64,000 nucleotides of DNA. Origin: Promethearchaeota archaeon. Lineage in GTDB: Archaea > Asgardarchaeota > Lokiarchaeia > Sigyniarchaeales > SOKP01. Each line of letters opens with the position of its first letter. The first letter of the stretch is position 1. Under the pieces are notes generated by a model, which saw only the letters and a list, made by a program, of their open reading frames with translations, had not been told where the DNA came from and did not search any database. The stretch covers positions 32,484-96,483 of the forward strand of contig RDOA01000006.1 in NCBI GenBank assembly GCA_011364925.1, given 5' to 3'. A program made the position numbers and the translations under genes. Of this stretch, positions 1 to 7,880 are shown one piece after another.

Positions 1-285
1 AATTCCTTTATAATCATCTATTGGTTTGGCTTTTATTTGTCCAGAGGGTCGATATCGATAGGCATAAATTCTTCCTCTAGTTAATAGCTCGTTTAAAAAT
101 TCTGGGGCTAATTGTTCATGAAGACTTTTAGGGAGATATCTTAAACTATTCTTCAATGCAATAACAGTTTCTTCACGATTAAGGTTGAACCCACGATTTG
201 GAGCTCTACGAATTCCTTTTTGAAATTCGGGCATTCGTGGTAATTTATCTGATAACTTAATCTTCATAGCTTTTGAAACATCCAT
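1..285 (-). CDS. urocanate hydratase-like protein, N-terminal 95 codons only (gene runs off the window start)
   Basis: My own minus-strand translation from the ATG (complement of 283-285) is open to position 1: MDVSKAMKIKLSDKLPRMPEFQKGIRRAPNRGFNLNREETVIALKNSLRYLPKSLHEQLAPEFLNELLTRGRIYAYRYRPSGQIKAKPIDDYKGI. The pattern AL.N.LRY.P...LAPEF..EL...G.IY.YR..P....A.PID.Y matches my memory of the N-terminal region of long (eukaryote-type) urocanases. The ORF is truncated, so it is not in the ORF track. Confidence 0.45.
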   Translation of the reverse strand, partial: MDVSKAMKIKLSDKLPRMPEFQKGIRRAPNRGFNLNREETVIALKNSLRYLPKSLHEQLAPEFLNELLTRGRIYAYRYRPSGQIKAKPIDDYKGI

Positions 286-388
286 ATTTTTAACTAACTC
301 CCATTAGTATTTAATATTTAACAATATCACCTAGATATGAATAATAGATAAAATGAAGAAGAATTATAAAAAAAATTGAAATTAAAAA

Positions 389-2227
389 TCAGATATTGTC
401 TAAATCGAGTTTTTTGAGTTTTTCTTGATTTGGATACCCAGAGACTTTATCAAATTGTCTATACTCATAATATGCGTCTTTTAACTGTTGAAAGTTTGGC
501 GTTTTTCCCGCAGAACCTCCCTCATTAACTGGATTCAATACTATTTTTGGTAATCTATCGTCTGCTGCTGTGAGTCCCATTTTCAAGTTAAATAACCTTT
601 TAATCATGTAGATGCGTTCCCCTAGCAATTTAAAATCCTCCATGTTTAAATTTAAACCCGTCGCCTTCGTTACCATATTTAGAACCATATCGGTTGGAGG
701 ATTAGCAAACACACATAATATAAGTGATGAGTATAACGCACGATAATCTTGAATGCGAGCGCAGAATTCTGCCACAGGTCCATCATCTTGATACCAATCT
801 ATATTTAACTCAATCCCATATTCGCTAAATGGATAGCCTAATAACACAATATAAGCATCACAGGATGTGTGACACGGTCCTCGCGGGGTCCCCATAGCAT
901 AGCCAGCAGCCATACCGTACATCCTCCTTAAATCGTGGTATGGTATTTCCATTCCGTAAGTTGTAGCAATCTCATCTTGGGAAACATTGAATTTCTTTCC
1001 AACATAATCAGAACCTTCAGCCATTATGTCTCCGATTCCTTCTCTAAATGTGATTTTTCTTAATAACTCGAGAGCTGGTTTAATTTCGCCCCATGTTGGA
1101 TTTAATCCTTGTATATCCTCAGGCTCAATTATTCCTTTATCAAAAAGATAATAAACAAATGCTATAGTGCTACTACCACTAATGGTGTCTATGCCGTAAT
1201 CATTACAGAGGTAATTGGCTCTTTGAATTCCTTCAAGATTATCATTTAAGATCATTGAACCAAATCCTGCTACAGTTTCATACTCTGCGGCTTCAATTTC
1301 TCCATCAGTTTTGAATTCACCTTCATTAATTTTTGCTCTCTTTGCACACCCAATAGGGCAGGCATAACAGGGATAACTTCCAGAGAATATTTTTTCAAAA
1401 GCTGTTGAACCAGAAATATTGTAGGCACCCTCCCAAGTCCCTTGGGTCCAATATTTTATAGGTAATTCACCCGATGCATTATACATATCAACGCCACTTG
1501 AAGTTCCAAGATCTCCAAACATTTCTGTCATAAAAGCAGATTTTATATGGTCTGTTGTTGTTTTTACAGCCTCTTTATAACCTTCTGGGTCGAAAGCATT
1601 ATAACTTCTCTTTTTTCCTCGAACTGTAATCGCTTTCAATTTTTTTGAGCCCATTACAGCACCCATCCCCGTTCTACCCGCAGCCTTATCTTCAGAAGCA
1701 ATAATAGCATATCTTACAAGATTTTCACCAGCTTGACCTATACAAGCTACTCGAGTCAAGGGGGATCCTGAATTCTCTTTCAAAATGGCAGATGTTTCAA
1801 AAATCCCTTTTCCCCACAAATTTGAAGCATCTTTTATTTCTGCTCCATTTTCATTTATATCTAAATATACGGGACTTTCTGAAGCCCCTTTAATCACTAT
1901 TCCATCAAAGCCCGTTTTTCTTAATTCTGGACCAAAAAAGCCACCACAATTAGATTCACCCCATATTCCTGTTAATGGTGATTTTGCACAAACAACAAAT
2001 CTTCCACTTGTAGGAGCGTTCGAACCACAAAAAATACCTGTCATAAACATTAAAATGTTGTTTGATGAAAGGGGATCAATTTCCTTGTCAATTTTATCGT
2101 ATAAATATCGACACGCATAGCCAGCACCACTCAGAAATTTTTCTGCGATTGAATTTTCAATTGGCTCTTCACTTATCTTCTTGGTATTTAAATCAACTAT
2201 TAAAAGCTTTCCTTCAAAACCTTTCAT
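389..2227 (-). CDS. aor: aldehyde:ferredoxin oxidoreductase (tungsten/molybdopterin AOR family)
   Basis: 612 aa with the typical AOR N-terminus MKGFEGKLLIVDLN. It has a CxxCxxxC cluster motif (CYACPIGC) and full-length AOR-like organisation. Confidence 0.9.
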   Translation of the reverse strand: MKGFEGKLLIVDLNTKKISEEPIENSIAEKFLSGAGYACRYLYDKIDKEIDPLSSNNILMFMTGIFCGSNAPTSGRFVVCAKSPLTGIWGESNCGGFFGPELRKTGFDGIVIKGASESPVYLDINENGAEIKDASNLWGKGIFETSAILKENSGSPLTRVACIGQAGENLVRYAIIASEDKAAGRTGMGAVMGSKKLKAITVRGKKRSYNAFDPEGYKEAVKTTTDHIKSAFMTEMFGDLGTSSGVDMYNASGELPIKYWTQGTWEGAYNISGSTAFEKIFSGSYPCYACPIGCAKRAKINEGEFKTDGEIEAAEYETVAGFGSMILNDNLEGIQRANYLCNDYGIDTISGSSTIAFVYYLFDKGIIEPEDIQGLNPTWGEIKPALELLRKITFREGIGDIMAEGSDYVGKKFNVSQDEIATTYGMEIPYHDLRRMYGMAAGYAMGTPRGPCHTSCDAYIVLLGYPFSEYGIELNIDWYQDDGPVAEFCARIQDYRALYSSLILCVFANPPTDMVLNMVTKATGLNLNMEDFKLLGERIYMIKRLFNLKMGLTAADDRLPKIVLNPVNEGGSAGKTPNFQQLKDAYYEYRQFDKVSGYPNQEKLKKLDLDNI

Positions 2228-2334
2228 TTGAAAACACTTAAAGATTTTTAGTTTTAACCTTAAATAATTAGTGTTATAACTATATTTACAATTAGTAAGA
2301 TTTGTTATATATTTTCCTAAAAAGCTTAATACTT

Positions 2335-4065
2335 TTACTTAAATACCTTCACTTCACGAGCCTCGAGTTTTTCAAGTGAAGCAGGAAACTTTTTTAGGTT
2401 ATTACGTTCAATATTCAAATATTGAAGCGAAGAAAGTAATTCAATTGATTCTGGTAAATTTATAATTGAATTACTTCTTAAAAATAAATATTTTAAAGAT
2501 TTCAATTTACCAATTGAATCAGGAATATTAATTAACTCATTATTTCCGAGATATAAATACTTCAAATTTTCAAGGTTGCCAATAGCGTTAGGAATCTCTT
2601 TCAAATTGTTGTAGTATAAATAGAGTCGTTTAAGGGATTTCAAATCTCCGATTGAATCAGGGATCGTATTTATATTATTTTTGCCCAAATCCAAATTTTC
2701 TAAAGTAGATAGAGATCCTATAGAAGTTGGAATTGTTTCTAAACGATTAAAGCCTAACATCAAATTTTTTAGTCTTGGTAATTTTCCTATAGATGCAGTT
2801 AAACTGATCAGTTTATTTGTAGAAATATCAAGCTCTCTTAGCGAATTCAATGACCCTATTGACTCTGGGAGTGCTTTTAATTGATTTTTGCTTAAATCTA
2901 ATATTTCAAGAGAACTTAAATTACCAAGGGATTCGGGCAATTTTGTTAATTTATTATCATATAAATCTAATTCTTTTAAAGTGGATAAACCTCCAATTGA
3001 ACTTGGAAGTTCTTCTAGTTCGTTGCGATCAACTTTTAAAGATTCGAGATTTTTTAAATTAGATATCGATTCGGGAAGAGATTTTAGCATATTTCTATCG
3101 AGTTTAAGAGATTTGAGGGATTTTAGGTTTCCAATATTCGGTAATTCAGTTAACTGATTGTTAGTTATCTCCAATTTCAGAAGATTCTCAAGATTATTAA
3201 TGGAATTAGGTAATTCCGTTAGGAAATTAGAAGTAACATCTAAATTTTCTAAAGCTTCAAGCGAACCAATAGATTCGGGAAGTGATGGTAGCTTATTAGA
3301 TGTCAGTCCAAAATACTTAAGATTTTTTAGATCACCAATTGAATCAGGTAAATATGTCAAGTTATTACTTTTTAAAAATAAGGAAGATAAGGTAGAAAGG
3401 TTACCTATAGATTCTGGTAACTTTATTAACTCATTATTCCTAAGATTAAGTCTATTTAATGATCTTAATAAGCTAATGTTGTTAGGTAGCGAAATTAGGT
3501 GATTACCTCCTAAATATAAGAGTTCTAAAGATTTGAGGTTTTTAATTGAATCTGGTATTTCAATTATCTCATTGTGACTTAAATCTAAGGTTTGTAAATT
3601 TACTAAATCTCCTATGGATTCTGGAATTTTACTTAAAGAATTCTCGCTTAAGTCCAATAAAGTAAGTTGATATAAAGAACTAATTGTCTCTGGCAATTCT
3701 GTTAACAAATTCGTTTCCAAGTATAATTCCTTTAATGATGATAAAGAATAAATCGCTTTAGGCAATTTTATTATCCGATTTTCACTTAAATCTAATGTTT
3801 CAAGTGATGAAAGAAAAAAGAGTTCTTCTGGTATTACTTTTAGCTTATTTCCTCTTACTAGTAATTTTTTTAAAAAAGAAAGCGTTGTTATTTTTTCTGG
3901 AATCATAGTCATTCCACACGAAAATAAACTAAGTCCGATAATATGATCGTTCTCAATTTTAAATCCAACAGTATAGCTTTGAAGATCTGAAACCTCTGGA
4001 ATAGTAAACCCTATTAATTTTTCTAAGTAATTAAGAAATCTTTTTTCTTCTTGACTATTTGTCAT
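2335..4065 (-). CDS. leucine-rich repeat (LRR) protein, about 22 tandem 23-aa repeats, no other recognisable domain
   Basis: 576 aa. After an N-terminal cap of about 60 aa, the whole protein is LxxLxLxxNxLxxLPxSIGxLxx units (for example LKSLKLDRNMLKSLPESISNLKN). Confidence 0.9.
   Translation of the reverse strand: MTNSQEEKRFLNYLEKLIGFTIPEVSDLQSYTVGFKIENDHIIGLSLFSCGMTMIPEKITTLSFLKKLLVRGNKLKVIPEELFFLSSLETLDLSENRIIKLPKAIYSLSSLKELYLETNLLTELPETISSLYQLTLLDLSENSLSKIPESIGDLVNLQTLDLSHNEIIEIPDSIKNLKSLELLYLGGNHLISLPNNISLLRSLNRLNLRNNELIKLPESIGNLSTLSSLFLKSNNLTYLPDSIGDLKNLKYFGLTSNKLPSLPESIGSLEALENLDVTSNFLTELPNSINNLENLLKLEITNNQLTELPNIGNLKSLKSLKLDRNMLKSLPESISNLKNLESLKVDRNELEELPSSIGGLSTLKELDLYDNKLTKLPESLGNLSSLEILDLSKNQLKALPESIGSLNSLRELDISTNKLISLTASIGKLPRLKNLMLGFNRLETIPTSIGSLSTLENLDLGKNNINTIPDSIGDLKSLKRLYLYYNNLKEIPNAIGNLENLKYLYLGNNELINIPDSIGKLKSLKYLFLRSNSIINLPESIELLSSLQYLNIERNNLKKFPASLEKLEAREVKVFK
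2355..3885 (-). repeat. 69-bp-periodic coding tandem repeat (the LRR units)
   Basis: The protein-level 23-aa periodicity gives a degenerate 69-nt DNA periodicity. This also produces a chain of spurious antisense ORFs (2681-3502 +). Confidence 0.7.
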
Positions 4066-4219
4066 GAAAATTCCCGAACAATTTTTTTATTGTAGATAAA
4101 AGGTTTAAAAAAGTAATAAAAAATGGTATTTATATGGTTTAACATTTCCACAAATTTGAGTTATAGGGGTTCAAAATAAAATTTTAAAAAAAAGGTGTTA
4201 GATTTAATATTCAAACCAT

Positions 4220-5416
4220 TTAAAAATCGATATCTTTCCCTTCATAAGCATATTCGTACAATTTTCTAAATTGTTCACCACTTGTGGCTCTTGGAGTAAG
4301 GACTGAACTCGCATCTTGATAGCATAGATTAACTAAAGAATCTATATTTTTTTCGAAGTCTTCTTTTGAGACACCCGTTTCTTTGAGGCTCATAGGAAAA
4401 TTAACTTCCTCCTGAAGTTCGACCAGTTTTTCTATAACTCTTTCAGCTGCTTTCTTGTCATCGTCACTCCAAGAGACCCAGCCTAATTGTTTAGCTAATT
4501 TAGCGTAAATCTTGATGGCATCATCTTTATCGGGATCATTCAATATGAATTGAGTTACATATTTCAGTACTATTCCTACACATTTACCATGATGAACATG
4601 ATACATCGACCCCCATGAATGCCCTAGAGTGTGTCCGATATGAACTTGTCCATTTCCGAAAGCTAATCCCGCAATAGTAGCTGCTTGGTGAAGAAAATCT
4701 CTTGCTTCCAGATTTTTTCCATCTTTATATATTATTGGTAAGTATTTAAAGACTAGTTCTATCGCTTTTAGTGCTAAAGCGTTACTAAATTCATTCCTCC
4801 AAAGAGTTCCTAAGCCTTCTATGGAATGAGCAAGCGTATCAAAAGCAGTGTTGACAGTGAGCTCTGTAGGCATACCGCTTGGGAAAATCGGGTCCACGAT
4901 AGCGTAAGTAGGGATTAAACCTCTATGAATAAAGAAGTATTTCTTCCATATATTATCTTCATACCGAGAAATAACCGTAACAAAAGTTGTTTCTGCTCCT
5001 GTTCCAGAAGTAGTAGGAATTGCAATCAACTTCGCTTTTTTACCCATATCGTATAAATCATTTCTAAAAAGGTGAATATCATCCAAATTAAATTCGGGAA
5101 ATTCATACAAAACCCATACTACTTTAGCAGTATCCATGACTGATCCACCTCCTAAAGCGATTATTATATCAGGAGAATATTTTAGGCATTGTTCTCGAGC
5201 TTTCAAAACACCATTTTCTCTAGGATCTGGTACGACCTCGTCAAAAACATCATAACTCTTCCCAAACTTATCAAGAACATCAGTTAATATCTTTAAATAT
5301 CCTAAATCTTTAACAATTTTATCAGTAATAATAAAACATTTCTCACCAGAAATCATTTCCATGAAATCTAAGGAATCTGGGCCATAGATTATATTAGGGG
5401 AGAAGAAAAACCACAT
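4220..5416 (-). CDS. iron-containing (group III) alcohol dehydrogenase
   Basis: 398 aa with the GGGSxxD motif (ALGGGSVMDTAK) and metal-binding His clusters (AHSIEG, HIGHTLGH). Confidence 0.85.
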   Translation of the reverse strand: MWFFFSPNIIYGPDSLDFMEMISGEKCFIITDKIVKDLGYLKILTDVLDKFGKSYDVFDEVVPDPRENGVLKAREQCLKYSPDIIIALGGGSVMDTAKVVWVLYEFPEFNLDDIHLFRNDLYDMGKKAKLIAIPTTSGTGAETTFVTVISRYEDNIWKKYFFIHRGLIPTYAIVDPIFPSGMPTELTVNTAFDTLAHSIEGLGTLWRNEFSNALALKAIELVFKYLPIIYKDGKNLEARDFLHQAATIAGLAFGNGQVHIGHTLGHSWGSMYHVHHGKCVGIVLKYVTQFILNDPDKDDAIKIYAKLAKQLGWVSWSDDDKKAAERVIEKLVELQEEVNFPMSLKETGVSKEDFEKNIDSLVNLCYQDASSVLTPRATSGEQFRKLYEYAYEGKDIDF

Positions 5417-5561
5417 CTTTTAAAGTCACCTAATGATTTTTTACTATTCTGTAAGAATTAATTTCTAAATTGAATAATTAATAATACTTATATTTTGTTT
5501 AGATTAAATAAATTATTAACTGAAAATTTTTCTCGAAGCATGAGAAAAAAGGCTATGAAAA

Positions 5562-5987
5562 ATGGAAGAGTCAGAAAAAGAAAACTTATTTGCCACTTTT
5601 AAAGGAGTTATCGAAAGTATCGTTTTAGACAAACGAGATAATCCAAAGAATATTAAGGTACTCGAGGATTTTCAAGCTAAACTTAATATTGGATTACATG
5701 TTGAAGCAGATTTTTATTTTTGGGTAAATCTTATTGCAGAAAATGGGAATTATACTGTCAATCGCGGTAAATTAAACGAATTTGATTTGGAAATAATGGC
5801 TACTCCAGAAGATTTAATGTATTTTTCTAATGGCGAAAATTCAACATTAAATATGATGCTAAAAAAGAATAAATTTAGGGAAAGGAAATTAAAATACGAA
5901 AAAAGTAGTACTGGCAAAAGGAATCTCGGTTTACTCTTAAAATTACCTAAAATCCTTGTTTTAGACAAAATAAAAACACATCAATAA
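5562..5987 (+). CDS. small hypothetical protein, possibly an SCP2 (sterol-carrier-like) fold
   Basis: 141 aa. The C-terminal part (EDLMYFSNGENSTLNMMLKKNKF...LLLKL) loosely resembles the SCP2 C-terminal helix pattern. This is a weak call. Confidence 0.35.
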   Translation: MEESEKENLFATFKGVIESIVLDKRDNPKNIKVLEDFQAKLNIGLHVEADFYFWVNLIAENGNYTVNRGKLNEFDLEIMATPEDLMYFSNGENSTLNMMLKKNKFRERKLKYEKSSTGKRNLGLLLKLPKILVLDKIKTHQ

Positions 5988-5999
5988 GATCCTATTTTC

Positions 6000-6620
6000 T
6001 TAATTAACAAATATCTTTTTGTTGTCAAAATAATAACTAAGATTTAAGTCTTTAAACGAAGATGATCTAAAATTATATTGATGTAGTGTAATATTTATTA
6101 TGCTAGCTTTTTTGTCTATCTGAATCACAATAAACGAGGGATTACGGCTAGCTATAAAGGACCATGCTCCAGTGACACTCCCGGGATTAATAAGCAAAAT
6201 ATTATTTTTTGTCAAAACAATTTCTTCCTTATGAGTATGTCCAGATATTAGGATATTGTAATTTCTCTGAAGAGCGAGCTCCTCGAGTTGAGAATGATCT
6301 CCACGTGGAGATATTTGATGACCATGAGTTAAACCAATTATTAGTTTATTGTTTGATTCCAGAGAGATAGCGAGATTTTGATAAACTGGAGCGTCTTGAG
6401 AGCCACCGTAATAGTCCATATTACCAATAACGCGCAATATTCTGTTTTTTGAAAGGCTCTTTAAAAAAATCATAAAATCAGGCGCATTTATAACATCCCC
6501 TGTAAAAAAAATATAATCAAATAATTGATTTGATAATTGATTTAACTTATCCATAATGATAGGTGGTACTTCAGAGGCCCTTCTAGGGATATGGGAGTCT
6601 CCTATTACAAGGATTCTCAT
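6000..6620 (-). CDS. metallophosphoesterase, MJ0936/YfcE (Vps29-fold) family
   Basis: 206 aa with the calcineurin-like phosphoesterase motifs GDSH, GDV, GNMD and GHTH in the canonical order. Confidence 0.8.
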   Translation of the reverse strand: MRILVIGDSHIPRRASEVPPIIMDKLNQLSNQLFDYIFFTGDVINAPDFMIFLKSLSKNRILRVIGNMDYYGGSQDAPVYQNLAISLESNNKLIIGLTHGHQISPRGDHSQLEELALQRNYNILISGHTHKEEIVLTKNNILLINPGSVTGAWSFIASRNPSFIVIQIDKKASIINITLHQYNFRSSSFKDLNLSYYFDNKKIFVN

Positions 6621-6628
6621 TACTTATC

Positions 6629-7750
6629 TCAAGATTTTTTCTGTTTATCTTTCTTATCTTGTTTTTTCACATAATCATACATTTTTTTAGCATTAGGATC
6701 ATTTTCAAAATGATTTCTAATTGGTTTAAGGAATTGATTAAGATATTTTATGACTGAAGGTTTAAGATCTGCCGGGCTTAAAGTTCCACTAGCAAAATCC
6801 TTCTCAAGGTCTTTAAATGAGGAATATACCACAGTACCACCGTATTTTTCTGGGCGTTCAACTTTGAACTTATCAACTAACTCGAAAATGATGTGTTTAG
6901 TATAATCTAGAACTGGATTTTCTTCTATCTGATGTGGTGGGCAATATGCTTTAGTTATTTTTCGTTTAATTTCTTCTGGAGAGTCAAGCATGAATATTGC
7001 AGAATCAGGGTCCGATTTTGACATCTTGAGCTTAACAGCACGATCAGTTCCCTTTAAGTCTGTATCGGGTGGTTTTCCGAGCCCCATTAACATATGATGA
7101 CATAAAGATATTGGTTTTGGTCTTCCAATCTTACTTGCAACTTCGCGTGCTAACATATTTACCTTTCTTTGATCTAAACCTAATTGGCAAATATCTGCTG
7201 GAAGATAAAATATATCCGCTGCTTGCATTAGAGGATATAATATTTGTGAAGCGGTTAGAGCATCAGTATCCTCTCGACCCATAATTTGTGTACATCTTTT
7301 TACTCGGTTCAAAGTGCTATTCATTGAGATCTTGAGCACTAATTCCCAGTAATCTGAATTCTGAACTAAATCTGAAGCATAAATAAATTGAACTTTACTT
7401 AAATCCATACCACAAACTTTCCATACTTCTATAAAAAAATCTCCTACTTTTTTTATAATTTCAAGATTCCCCCCAAATTTATGATTAGCAGCAGCATGCC
7501 AATCTGCAATTAGGAATTTAAAAATTACACCAGCCTTAGTGATTTTATTTACATTGATCGCCCTTAGTAAACCTTGAGCGATATGTATATTGCCTGAGGG
7601 CTCGAATCCATCGTAAGCATATATTGGCTTATCATTTTCGAGTTTCCATTTTAGCATCTCATATAATTCTTCTATCTCAATGATTTCCTCTCCGACTTCC
7701 TTTAATAAAGATATTTTCTCATCCAAAGATAAAGTCATAATGTTTCTCAC
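6629..7750 (-). CDS. tyrS: tyrosyl-tRNA synthetase, archaeal/eukaryotic type
   Basis: 373 aa. It has a class I HIGH-like motif (GNIHIAQG) and a KMSKS motif, and is colinear with archaeal TyrRS (YDGFEPSG..., YPLMQAADI). The ORF-track start is GTG; an ATG lies 4 codons downstream. Confidence 0.9.
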   Translation of the reverse strand: MRNIMTLSLDEKISLLKEVGEEIIEIEELYEMLKWKLENDKPIYAYDGFEPSGNIHIAQGLLRAINVNKITKAGVIFKFLIADWHAAANHKFGGNLEIIKKVGDFFIEVWKVCGMDLSKVQFIYASDLVQNSDYWELVLKISMNSTLNRVKRCTQIMGREDTDALTASQILYPLMQAADIFYLPADICQLGLDQRKVNMLAREVASKIGRPKPISLCHHMLMGLGKPPDTDLKGTDRAVKLKMSKSDPDSAIFMLDSPEEIKRKITKAYCPPHQIEENPVLDYTKHIIFELVDKFKVERPEKYGGTVVYSSFKDLEKDFASGTLSPADLKPSVIKYLNQFLKPIRNHFENDPNAKKMYDYVKKQDKKDKQKKS

Positions 7751-7880
7751 ATAAAATTATTTATTTTAATTAAGTTTCCATTTCGATATAATTTTTATGA
7801 TTTAGTTGGCTTCTCTATAGTCATTTAAGAAAAAATTCTTAAGAGTCATTGAGAAATGGAAAAAATTAAAAAATGAATGG

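Noticed and set aside
2681-3502. A chain of four + strand ORFs (67-114 aa) antisense to the LRR gene
   Set aside because: They are by-products of the 69-nt periodic, stop-poor LRR coding repeat on the other strand. They have no recognisable motifs and lie fully inside a well-supported CDS.
2355-3885. A periodic repeat that could superficially suggest a CRISPR-like or satellite array
   Set aside because: The period is 69 nt and the units are degenerate and entirely coding (23-aa LRR units). There is no repeat-spacer structure and no cas genes.
389-5416. AOR and Fe-ADH considered as one acid-to-alcohol operon
   Set aside because: They share a strand but are separated by the LRR gene and by spacers of 107 and 154 bp. 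The functional link is plausible, but nothing in the sequence shows co-regulation.
6000-6620. The MJ0936-family phosphoesterase considered as a Vps29 (retromer) homolog and hence a eukaryotic signature protein
   Set aside because: This family is widespread in archaea and bacteria, and all catalytic metal-binding motifs are intact. Nothing in the sequence or its neighbourhood supports a retromer-like role.
7751-7880. The TyrRS upstream spacer, checked for a Tyr-rich leader ORF
   Set aside because: The only small ORF (MTIEKPTKS) has no Tyr.
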